A stretch of DNA of 62,719 nucleotides, the filler included, from Globobulimina sp. (Eukaryota), in NCBI GenBank assembly GCA_003354225.1. It is 28 parts of 28 records of this genome, joined end to end, with 100 filler letters (N's around TTAATTAATTAA, not from the genome) between each part and the next. Parts side by side here need not be neighbours in the genome. Positions count along the whole stretch, not along the records: positions 1 to 2,146 come from PIVH01008650.1; positions 2,247 to 4,392 come from PIVH01008651.1; positions 4,493 to 6,638 come from PIVH01008652.1; positions 6,739 to 8,883 come from PIVH01008653.1; positions 8,984 to 11,128 come from PIVH01008654.1; 23 more parts are not named here. One strand, written 5' to 3'. The notes under the pieces are model-generated. The model saw only the letters and a program-made list of their open reading frames with translations, ran no database searches and was not told the origin of the DNA. The stretch's first letter is position 1; every line of letters begins with the position of its first letter. Shown piece after piece: positions 1 to 9,414 of the stretch. Made by a program: the position numbers and the translations under genes.

Positions 1-438
1 CGTTAGTGTGCCACGAAGTTGTGGTAATCCAGTAGGTGAAAATCCTATCGAGGAAATTGACTATTCACCTCGAAGAAAAACAAACAGTTTAACTCGTGAG
101 GGTTACGCTGAAGCTTTGTTCTTTCAAATATTCAAGCCGTAATGCGCAAGCGTGAACTCATAGTAGCTTCGAAAAGTGTATTCGTAGATTTGGGGAGAGT
201 TTTGACGGTCTCGAACCCTGTCATACTGAACAGATAAATAGTCGTGCGAAGTTCAGTAAACTACCGGAGTCATAGGGATGGCGTGAATATAGATGGATTA
301 TTACGAAACGTGGGAGATCTCTTATTTCAATGATTGGCCATCATAAACGATTTGATATAAGCATAGCGAAATTCAAAACGGAAATAAGAGAAGTCGGAGA
401 AGCCCATATTACCAGAAACTCAAAGGACAACAAAACCT

Positions 439-1851
439 TTGATAGGGAAGGGGCTTTACTTTAGATATGCTTATATGAAAGACAGAACGACCTATATTGA
501 TGCAAGTCTATTAGTAAGTCCATCGTCAGCAATGACCGATGAGCAAGTTCGTGTTTTTCAAAGGAAGCTATACATTAGAGCCAAGCAAGATAAGAGTTTC
601 AAGGCGTATAGTTTGCACGATAAATTGTGTTTAGACTATTTGCTGGTAGCAGCTTATCGCAGAGTACGTCAGAATTATTCAAAAGGTACAGGGGTTGATA
701 ACGTTGGTTTTTCAAATATTAAGGACTATGGTTTACATAAGTTCTTAACTGAATTACAAACAGAGTTGCGAACTAATACCTATCAGTGTTCCGCAGTAAG
801 ACGAGTAGAAATACCGAAGGAAAAGAAAGGTGAATTCAGGATGTTGGGAATACCTACCATAAAAGACCGAGTAGTTCAAATGGCAGTAAAGATGCTAATA
901 GAACCACTGTGGGAATCTGATTTTATTGATACTTCCTATGGTTTTAGACCCAAACGTGGAGCAAAAGATGCAATCAAGCAAATCAAGAAGAATATCTACA
1001 ATGGTCATCATTTTATTTATGATGCTGATTTATCGAAATATTTCGATACGATCCCACACGATAAGCTATTTGTAATGCTAAAAGAACGCATCACCGATAA
1101 GAATATTCTGAATCTGATCAGACAATGGTTAATCGCACCGATTCAGATGAAAAATGGCGAGTTAATCAAATCGGAATCAGGCACTCCCCAAGGAGGTGTC
1201 ATATCTCCGTTATTGTCGAATATTTATCTGCATGCTTTTGACCGAATAGTAAACAACCCACAAAGCAAATTTAGCAAAGCCAACATTCGAATTGTTCGCT
1301 ATGCAGATGATTTTGTGTTAATGGGAACTTATTATTACAGTCGAGAGATACTCAATTATTTAGACTCAATCATGAAGCGTATGGGATTAACTATTAATAA
1401 GGCTAAGACAAGCATACTTCATATTCACAAAAAGAGTCTCCATTTTCTTGGTTTCGAGTTTTTGGTAACGAAATCAAAATTCTCATGGAATCCCAAGAAA
1501 TACACTTGTGTACGACCAAGTATTAAATCAAGATCAAAACTTTTCTCTGCCATAAGTGAGCTATTAGGTAAACGACGGCATTGGAAGATTGAGCCAATGA
1601 TTTATAAACTAAATTCTTTATTAATTGGCTGGTTGAATTACTTTTCAATTAGTAAGGTCACACACATTTGGGACACAATTAAAATAGTTGTCAGGTATCT
1701 GGACTTTAAGCTGTTTAAGTGGTTGAAAAGCAAAGGTCGGAAAGCGCATAAGGCGTTACGCCAACGTCCATTTAAAAATTTAGTAGCTTATAAAGGCTTA
1801 CTTGATTTGGAAAAATATGCCCGTTTGAAGACACTTGCGAAAGCTCAATGA
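439..1851 (+). CDS. ltrA: Group II intron reverse transcriptase/maturase, no C-terminal endonuclease domain
   Basis: RMLGIPTIKDRVVQ, SYGFRP, DADLSKYFDTIPH, GTPQGGVISPLLSNIYL, RYADD, FLGF, thumb GWLNYF. True start may be a downstream ATG. Confidence 0.95.
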   Translation: MIGKGLYFRYAYMKDRTTYIDASLLVSPSSAMTDEQVRVFQRKLYIRAKQDKSFKAYSLHDKLCLDYLLVAAYRRVRQNYSKGTGVDNVGFSNIKDYGLHKFLTELQTELRTNTYQCSAVRRVEIPKEKKGEFRMLGIPTIKDRVVQMAVKMLIEPLWESDFIDTSYGFRPKRGAKDAIKQIKKNIYNGHHFIYDADLSKYFDTIPHDKLFVMLKERITDKNILNLIRQWLIAPIQMKNGELIKSESGTPQGGVISPLLSNIYLHAFDRIVNNPQSKFSKANIRIVRYADDFVLMGTYYYSREILNYLDSIMKRMGLTINKAKTSILHIHKKSLHFLGFEFLVTKSKFSWNPKKYTCVRPSIKSRSKLFSAISELLGKRRHWKIEPMIYKLNSLLIGWLNYFSISKVTHIWDTIKIVVRYLDFKLFKWLKSKGRKAHKALRQRPFKNLVAYKGLLDLEKYARLKTLAKAQ

Positions 1852-1865
1852 TGAAATCTATCGGT

Positions 1866-1980
1866 AAGCCGTATGAGGGAAAACTTCACGTACGGTTTGA
1901 TGAAGGGGGCGCTGATAGTCTAAATTTATTATGTTATGTTTGATAACAGGATAGAGGGAGGCTATCAGGCTCTACTCTAC
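1866..1980 (+). ncRNA. Group II intron catalytic domain V and domain VI
   Basis: AGC triad and CCGTA/TACGG stem. DVI stem CTGATAGTC/GGCTATCAG with a long loop, bulged A near the AC end. Confidence 0.9.
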
Positions 1981-1991
1981 GCAAACATACG

Positions 1992-2146
1992 ATGACAGCA
2001 ACACACAGCATAATAGATGATATATTGACTGATGATTGTGAAAGTAAAACAATCTATCATTATACATCTACAGATGGGCTTTTAGGAATAGTCAAAAACC
2101 AAACAATTAGATGTAGTCATTCACATTTTCTAAACGATTTTGAGGA
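1992..2146 (+). CDS. DUF2971-like protein, N-terminal fragment (bacterial)
   Basis: IYHYTS..GLLGI.....IR.S...FLND.E motif; truncated by contig end. Confidence 0.65.
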
Positions 2147-2246
2147 NNNNNNNNNNNNNNNNNNNNNNNNNNNNNNNNNNNNNNNNNNNNTTAATTAATT
2201 AANNNNNNNNNNNNNNNNNNNNNNNNNNNNNNNNNNNNNNNNNNNN

Positions 2247-4067
2247 GATAATTATGATTATTCAATTGGTGATTTTGAAATAAACATAGCAAATAGTAGT
2301 GATTTATTTGAACTCAAAATATATCATAAAATAGATTTAACTTTAGTCCATTCCATAACATATAAATATAAATATAATGACGCACCATTCATTCAAGTTG
2401 CATTTGCCTCATTAGTGCAAGAACCAATCTCTGGTGGCAATTTCAAACATTTTTTAATTGGTCAACAATATCATTATACTTCATCATCATTGACATTAGA
2501 ATCAATACAACAAAATGCAACTAATCAATATATAAATATATCTGGTTTACTTTTGTTTGATGACAATATAAATCATAAAAATGTTCCATATTCATTTATA
2601 TTACGTCCACCTGCGATAAATTATCCATATTACGATAATATGGATAAAGGAATAAAATCAAATAATTCAATTGATTTTAACATAACAATTAACACTGATA
2701 TCGATAATGTGTATATAAACCGAATATTCCTGCGATACGACACAAACTTATTTGAATCTTTTATGGGTTTCGGTCAACAATATTCATTCATCAATTTCCG
2801 TGGCAAAATAATACCAATTTTAATATCAGAGCAAGGCGTTGGTCGTGGCGATGAACCAGTTACTACTTTTTTAAATGAGTTTGGTAACGGAGCAGGCGGA
2901 AATTGGCACACTTCATACGGTAACAAAGCAATATATATTACAAATTGCAACCGCTCATTTTTAATGTACAACTATGAAATTATTATATTTGATTTAACGC
3001 ATTATGAATATGTTCAACTTGAAGTGTATACCAATGACACAAATATGATATCTGGCAGGATTATTTATGGCGAGACTCCAATTAAATTAATATCAGAAAT
3101 CACATTAGTTACTGGAAGACAAAAGCCTTTGCCACCGTGGATATTAAAAGGCGGCATTCTTGGCATTGAAGGAGGACAGGATACTGTTTATAATATAACA
3201 TCCTCATTAATACAGCATAGACCATCGTTGATTGGATTATGGATACAAGATTGGGTTGGTATGTACGCAAAAATACATGTTTTTCAATTTTGGATTGGTT
3301 GATATGATAATTAAACGTTTTTGATTGATACAGGAAGTCATATATTTAGTGAGGGAACCCGTTTATTATGGAACTGGGAATTAAATACAGAGCAATATCC
3401 AGATTGGGCTGGAATGTTTAGGTCATTGTCAAATGAGTATGGCGCAGAAATAAAGAGATTGACTTATATTAATCCATATTTTGCCAATGTTAGCTATTTA
3501 TCACCAAATGGATTTACAAATAATTATTTTGAACAAGGTGTGCTTAATAATTATTTTATTATGAATAGTTCCAATATGCCGTATTTGATAAATTCCATTT
3601 CAATTAATTTTGCAACGGTCGACTTAACCAATCCAGCCGCTGTTATTTGGATAAAAAATATAATCAAACAAAACATGATTAACAATGCAAAAAGCAGCGG
3701 ATTTATGGCAGATTTTGGTGAATATATTCCATTTGATGCAGTATTTTATGATAAAAATGTGAAAGCATCATTTTATCACAATCAGTTTGCACAACATTGG
3801 GCGAAAATAGTTTGTGATGCGATAGATAATGATGAAATAGTCGCATTTCACCGTTCATCTGCTTTATTAAGTCCGTTGTATGCACATTCATTTTGGTTCG
3901 GAGACCAATTGGTTACATTTGACAGTCGCGATGGAATTGAATCGCTGTTATATGCGTTATTCAGTGCAAATATAATGGGACATACTAATATTCATAGTGA
4001 TATTGGTGGATATACCATGTTGAACAGTAATATGTTTAGTTATACCAACTTGAATATACCATGTTGA
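2247..4067 (+). CDS. GH31 alpha-glucosidase, sulfoquinovosidase (YihQ)-like; spliced, partial
   Basis: SEQGVGRG, WIQDWVG, RLLWNW, MADFGEY (nucleophile), WFGDQ, HSDIGGYT. GT-AG intron 3259-3333 joins ORFs 2415-3302 and 3321-4067 in frame. C-terminus appears lost. Confidence 0.85.
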
Positions 4068-4584
4068 ACAGAGTGCAAAAGCCAAAAAAGAATGACGTTG
4101 GGCTATAATTGGTATGTTTTGTTCTATTTTTGTATGCTATTTTTGTATATAAATTATATTTTTAGCATATTAGGATTGGTAAAAGAATTACATGTCATCG
4201 CATATATTTATCGCAAGCGACAATCGCAAGGAAATTCACGCCAAAAAGGGGCATGGATTTATGAGAAGGTATTGGATGGACATCGATCATCATTAAGGAG
4301 GAAAAAACCGGCATGGAAAGTGAATAGAGAAAGTGAAGACGCAGATTATCAGTTTTTTAATAACAAAGTCGACTGAGTTTAAATAAATTTAANNNNNNNN
4401 NNNNNNNNNNNNNNNNNNNNNNNNNNNNNNNNNNNNTTAATTAATTAANNNNNNNNNNNNNNNNNNNNNNNNNNNNNNNNNNNNNNNNNNNNGATATTTT
4501 TTAATGAAAAAAGTTGATTAAAAAAAACTGATGCGTGCCAGTTTTAGTTTTGTTTTTTTTATAGAAATATAGCAAGTTTGTGAA

Positions 4585-4959
4585 CTAAACTTTGATTCCG
4601 TTAATGGTTTGATCATCAACGATCTGCTGTACTTGCTGCGGCATTATCGGTTGCTGCTGCTGTTGCTGTTGCACTTGTTGCTGTTTTTGATGTTCCGCTC
4701 TTTGTTTCAAGCCATCGCGGATAATTCGCATCTGCTGCGCTTTGATTTCTCTCGTAAATATCTGCTGATAATACGCATCTAATTTTTCATAATATACCAA
4801 TAATAAATCGGGGTCTGCGATCTTTCGCAATTGTGGCCATTTGACGCCTACTTTGTTTTCAATGTATATTTTGTCCTGATCGTATGATTCAGGCTCCGTA
4901 TCGTTCTCATTCGAGTTGGTGTTGGTTGTGTTTTGATCATTTGCATTTTGTTGCGTCAT
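4585..4959 (-). CDS. Hypothetical Gln-rich protein downstream of and co-oriented with the tyrosine recombinase
   Basis: ORF from ATG 4959 (MTQQNAN...) with poly-Q tail; no recognisable domain. Confidence 0.45.
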   Translation of the reverse strand: MTQQNANDQNTTNTNSNENDTEPESYDQDKIYIENKVGVKWPQLRKIADPDLLLVYYEKLDAYYQQIFTREIKAQQMRIIRDGLKQRAEHQKQQQVQQQQQQQPIMPQQVQQIVDDQTINGIKV

Positions 4960-5112
4960 CGCCGGTATTCGCCTAAAGATGTATTTTATGTCTCTTTTTG
5001 TTGTGTTTGTGTGTGTATGTGAGGTGAAGGTAGTAGTAGTTTTTGAGTGACTGACTCTTGCTAATGCTGAAAACGCTCTTTTCATTCTTTCAAGAAAAAA
5101 TTGTTATGAAAG

Positions 5113-5389
5113 GAGCGAGTATTTGGTTTCTCAGATTCGCTCGCATTATGAATCCATATTACGTCAATCCCATATTTGGATTATGGATTCGGAGTTATTA
5201 TCATGGCTGGTATCTTATGGGCATAACCGGAGTTATATCACTGCGCATATAACTCCATATTATACCTTGGGGATACCGGGGATAGTGGTTAGGACGAATG
5301 GCGGTAACTAGACAGGGCTACGAAGTGTTTCTTGTATATATAATATACCGGAAACGCTTTATATACCAACCGTTAGTACTTTCCTGTCT
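5113..5389 (+). ncRNA. Putative structured RNA antisense to the 3' flank of the DIRS-like recombinase (copy 1)
   Basis: Stems GAGCGAGT/ATTCGCTC, GAATCCATA/TATGGATTC, CTGGTATCTT/GGGATACCGG, GGAGTTATAT/ATATAACTCC, GAAGTGTTTC/GAAACGCTTT, AGACAGG/CCTGTCT. Many G-U pairs form only on this strand. Core 5285-5389 is conserved with 48956-49073. Confidence 0.55.
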
Positions 5390-5465
5390 TTGTTATTCCA
5401 CTCGTTTGCCTTTGTTTTTGTTTTCTTAAATATTGTGGTTTTTAATTTAAATTTTGTTACAAGTA

Positions 5466-6515
5466 TTATCTTCTATTGTTGTATGCATTTTTCATTACAT
5501 CAATTTGGTTCTTTATTGTTATATTGTTGTTGTATCGGAAGATCATCGCTGGCCCATTCCAATCGGCCTGTTTTTGTATTTGTGGGAGCGGTACGCCTCT
5601 TGCTATGGCGTTTTGTGTTCCCCCTTTCCGTAATCCGTGCGATGTAAAACTATCTGGATCGTATCCTGTCGCTATACATAATTCTTTTATCTTTTCTCCC
5701 ATCATATATTTGTCGATGGGCTGTTCTTTTCCGTTTTTATTTTGCGCTGTAAATATGGCGGTATTTCCCCGCAATTTCCCTTTATTCTCTCTCAATCTGT
5801 GCTTTGTTAATGTTACTAAAGCGCATTTTGCGCAGACTGTTGATATTGGCGTGCATTGGCAGACTATGGCGGTCTGCAATTGGTTGTTTTTATAGGTGAA
5901 CTGATGCGTTTTCCCTTTGTTCCTTGTCCATATTATATATGTTGATTGTTCCCATTTCTTTGTCGTCAAATCATACTCAAATTGTAAGGCATCGTAACAT
6001 AAATTCTCCTCCATATGGCTCGTTGTTGTGTACTCACTGATCCTTTTCATCTCTGTAAAGGCCACTGTCAGTATTCCAATCCATGACAGTTTCGCGCCTT
6101 TGGTCAATTTCCTATCGTTTTGGATGTTTTGTATCCAATGCGTCAACATTTGGCGATCGATTGCCTTCGATCCGCCCTTTCCTGGATTTAATCGCTTTTG
6201 AGCGATTTTGTAGTTGTGGAGGTTCGGCATAGCTGTCTTTGCCGTACTTATCATAATATTGTGCTTGAGCGCAATGTCTCTGATTCCATTCTGATGGGAA
6301 TGAATTGCCGTCCATCCGAATTTCTTCTTGCATGCTTTGTTCCATATCATGTATTCAATAATGTTGTTCTCATCAAATGCGGTTATTGCTTTTCCATGCA
6401 ATCTATTGTAGATTGTCCAGTACTTTTCGACCGAGGTATATTGGTCGTTGGTATTGTCAGCGTGTCTATATTGCCAATTGAAACGTTTCTGTTTCTCGAA
6501 TTCTAATCTCGTCAT
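5466..6515 (-). CDS. Tyrosine recombinase of a DIRS-like retrotransposon (copy 1)
   Basis: Catalytic set R (KRISE), K (KGKT), HxxR (HGLRKGG), W (ADW), Y (FRY); clear paralogue of 47847-48887. Confidence 0.85.
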   Translation of the reverse strand: MTRLEFEKQKRFNWQYRHADNTNDQYTSVEKYWTIYNRLHGKAITAFDENNIIEYMIWNKACKKKFGWTAIHSHQNGIRDIALKHNIMISTAKTAMPNLHNYKIAQKRLNPGKGGSKAIDRQMLTHWIQNIQNDRKLTKGAKLSWIGILTVAFTEMKRISEYTTTSHMEENLCYDALQFEYDLTTKKWEQSTYIIWTRNKGKTHQFTYKNNQLQTAIVCQCTPISTVCAKCALVTLTKHRLRENKGKLRGNTAIFTAQNKNGKEQPIDKYMMGEKIKELCIATGYDPDSFTSHGLRKGGTQNAIARGVPLPQIQKQADWNGPAMIFRYNNNITIKNQIDVMKNAYNNRR

Positions 6516-7024
6516 TCTGCGTGGTTGGAAATTGGCAGTTGTTTTTCTTTTCTTGTTCGAGGTTATCTTTTGTTGTCAAAAGTGGTTTTTTTTGTTAGTA
6601 AAGTTTTTTTGAAAAGTAAGCAAATCTAATTTTCAAAGNNNNNNNNNNNNNNNNNNNNNNNNNNNNNNNNNNNNNNNNNNNNTTAATTAATTAANNNNNN
6701 NNNNNNNNNNNNNNNNNNNNNNNNNNNNNNNNNNNNNNCTATAAATATTATATCTATTTTTGTTCATATTTTGCATACAATTTGTCTGACTTATTTGTAC
6801 TGTATTAGCATATTCCTGTACAACATCACCAATACGATCATCACCGCGTAAGCATCTAAATATACGAGCATCAAAACCTTGCATGAATACTAATTGTACG
6901 TCTGTCGTCTGGCATGACTAATCTGGATGACGCAATCTATTACATCATGCTATGTATTCTAAAAAAAGTTTTTTAAAAACAGCTTTTTTGTGGATAATGG
7001 CAGAAATTTCTGAAACAGTATACA

Positions 7025-8374
7025 ATGTTTCGATGGATAGTATTAACAGCGACAGTGGTCGGAATGTTTGCATATGGCTACACTTACGATAATCCAGTTG
7101 CGTTACAACACGAAATTATCACAAAATACAACTTATCCAACGTGGAATACAATTTATTGTACACTATTTACAGCATTCCGAACATAATATTACCTTTCTG
7201 CACTGGTATAATATCCGATAAAATTGGCGAAGATTGTTTAATAATTTTCTTCTTTGGTCTAATGGTCGTGTCGCAAATGCTTTTTTCTTTTGGTTGCTCC
7301 ATCTCCAATTACGGTGTGATGTTATTGGGGCGCTTTTTATTTGGCATTGGCGCTGAATCTCACGCTTTAGTGGAGACACCATTGCTTTATTTTTATTTCA
7401 AAGGCAAAGAATTAGCATTTGCGCTCGCATTGCATTTGTCAATGGTCCGTGCGGGTTCCTCCTTAAATGACTACTTAACATACATCGCATATAAGGACAC
7501 TGGCGGCAGCGTCGTATTTGCTGTTTCTGTGAGTGTGGTGATATTATTTGTTTCCTGGATTGGACTGATTGTAATCATACGCATTCACAGAAAACGAAAA
7601 AAACATTCTAATTCTTACAGGCTAATAGACGTAAACATTGATAATAATAACTATGGAACAATCACTATGGAACAAAGTGCAGAAAATGAAAATATATTTA
7701 ATCTGAAAGATATCAAAGAATTTGATTCAGTGTATTGGCTATTAACATTAAATTGTGGCCTGATGTATGGCGTAGTCATCGCGTGGATGAATATTGGCAC
7801 TGAGTACTTGCAGCAAGTATTTGGTATAAGTCCTAAAACCTCAAATGTATTGTTGATGATACCATATTCGTTAGCGGCTATTTTGCAGCCTTTCTGTGGA
7901 TATTTGTCAGATTTAGTCGGAAAAAGAACTCAATTCTTATTGATTGCATCCATTCTATTTGTTATTTCACATTATTTGTTGACTGAGAAAAGTGTACAAT
8001 GTTATCCCGGAGAGAGGCATTACAATGCAATTGTTGCTTTAGTTGGATTAGGCGTTGCTTACAGTATATTTACGGCGGTGATCTGGCCTTCGGTTGCTTT
8101 GGTAGTCAAAGAAAGAGCACTTTGCACCGCTTACGGAATACCGTGTTCCTTTTATAATTTAATATTGACATTGTTTACAATCTGTGTTGGCATTTTGACA
8201 AATCAGACCAAAGATAACGCGGAATTAGATCTGGATAAATTTTCAAATGTTCAATCTTTCTTATTGTATGCCTCGGTGTTTGCTGTTCTGACATCTATAT
8301 TATTGTTAGTGGTTGATTTCAAATCTGGAAAAAGATTAAATATTCCTGCACAGGATTATTATCATGCTATTTAA
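7025..8374 (+). CDS. MFS transporter, MFSD1-like
   Basis: Y..LYTIYSIPNIILPF..G...DKIG, GRFLFGIGAE, G.LSDLVGKR, TAYG; about 12 hydrophobic segments. Confidence 0.85.
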   Translation: MFRWIVLTATVVGMFAYGYTYDNPVALQHEIITKYNLSNVEYNLLYTIYSIPNIILPFCTGIISDKIGEDCLIIFFFGLMVVSQMLFSFGCSISNYGVMLLGRFLFGIGAESHALVETPLLYFYFKGKELAFALALHLSMVRAGSSLNDYLTYIAYKDTGGSVVFAVSVSVVILFVSWIGLIVIIRIHRKRKKHSNSYRLIDVNIDNNNYGTITMEQSAENENIFNLKDIKEFDSVYWLLTLNCGLMYGVVIAWMNIGTEYLQQVFGISPKTSNVLLMIPYSLAAILQPFCGYLSDLVGKRTQFLLIASILFVISHYLLTEKSVQCYPGERHYNAIVALVGLGVAYSIFTAVIWPSVALVVKERALCTAYGIPCSFYNLILTLFTICVGILTNQTKDNAELDLDKFSNVQSFLLYASVFAVLTSILLLVVDFKSGKRLNIPAQDYYHAI

Positions 8375-9414
8375 ATTTAATTATGTTTGCTTTTTTCCTT
8401 TTTATTAATAAATATATTTAAAACTGCTGCTTGCTCCCTTCATTTGGCAACGTCGATCCATAAACCAAATACACGAACATGTATAAATACTGCTTCTCTA
8501 TATCATTGATAAACTTATGGGATATAATATTTCCATATCTAAACGTTGCGTATGTTGATCGCAATGCGGTAACTAGACGTTGATCAGGAGACGCAAGAAA
8601 CGAAAATTATAAACTATATTATTTGACATTGAATCTACACAAGTTATATACAATGGTTTATATTATATATAGGGTGTATCTTTGTGGAATGACTGTAATC
8701 CAATATCTGCAATTGTTGTATGATGAGTCTCTGTATTTGTTTGTAGAATGGGTTCATCCATATCACTCTGCTCATTTCCGGCAGTAAATCCCTTAGTTCC
8801 ATTCATATTTCCCTCTGTTGGATGTTCATGATCATCGCTGTATAAATCATCACCAGATTCATCATCATCGTAATTATATATACNNNNNNNNNNNNNNNNN
8901 NNNNNNNNNNNNNNNNNNNNNNNNNNNTTAATTAATTAANNNNNNNNNNNNNNNNNNNNNNNNNNNNNNNNNNNNNNNNNNNNATTGTATAAAGACAGTG
9001 TTGTGTTTAAGAAAACAAAAATAAATAGTTCCTGTTCCCATCATTAAACTTGTTCCCAAGTGTATTATAAGGCAAAACATAGATTCTGCTATCTTTTGGA
9101 ATCTTCTTCATGATTCACCTTTTGTTCGGATCCAAAATTCTTTTGGCAACATACAAAAAAATCCCAAATCACAGTCACAACTATTGAGCTAATTTATTAT
9201 GGATTTATGGTGAGCAATCTCCAAAAGTTGAAGTCCGACCACCACACTGAATAGTTGCGACTGCAGCGAACGATGACTCCACAACCACGCCCAAAACGTA
9301 GTCGATTTCCGCAGGTGTTGTCACTGTTGCGATTCGGAATTATTTAAGAAATGTTTAATGGTCAATATCACCATTATCACGTACATAAGAAATTAAATAA
9401 AATAAGAAAAAGTA

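Larger units (their letters stand above)
6..1980 (+). mobile_element. Complete bacterial group II intron
   Basis: Starts GTGTG at 6 (GUGYG consensus). Contains an RT/maturase ORF, then domain V (AAGCCGTATGAGGGAAAACTTCACGTACGGTTT, 1866-1898) and a domain VI stem ending CTACTCTAC at 1980. Confidence 0.9.

Noticed and set aside
2147-2246. Recurrent N-TTAATTAATTAA-N blocks about every 2.24 kb
   Set aside because: Artificial six-frame-stop contig linkers; the regular spacing reflects length-sorted contigs, not biology. ORFs running into X residues are artefacts.
4010-4071. 18-bp direct repeat ATATACCATGTTGAACAG at the end of the GH31 ORF as an intron or TSD
   Set aside because: Splicing it out does not restore a recognisable GH31 sequence; likely a rearrangement or chimera point.
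5281-5300. TAGTGGTTAGGAC as a tRNA D-arm
   Set aside because: No T-arm (GTTCRA) or cloverleaf follows.
5476-6506. Antisense and overlapping short ORFs here and across the window (e.g. 48008-48841, 33819-35396, 59267-60022)
   Set aside because: Shadows of real genes on the opposite strand; similarity between the two YR antisense ORFs merely mirrors YR conservation.
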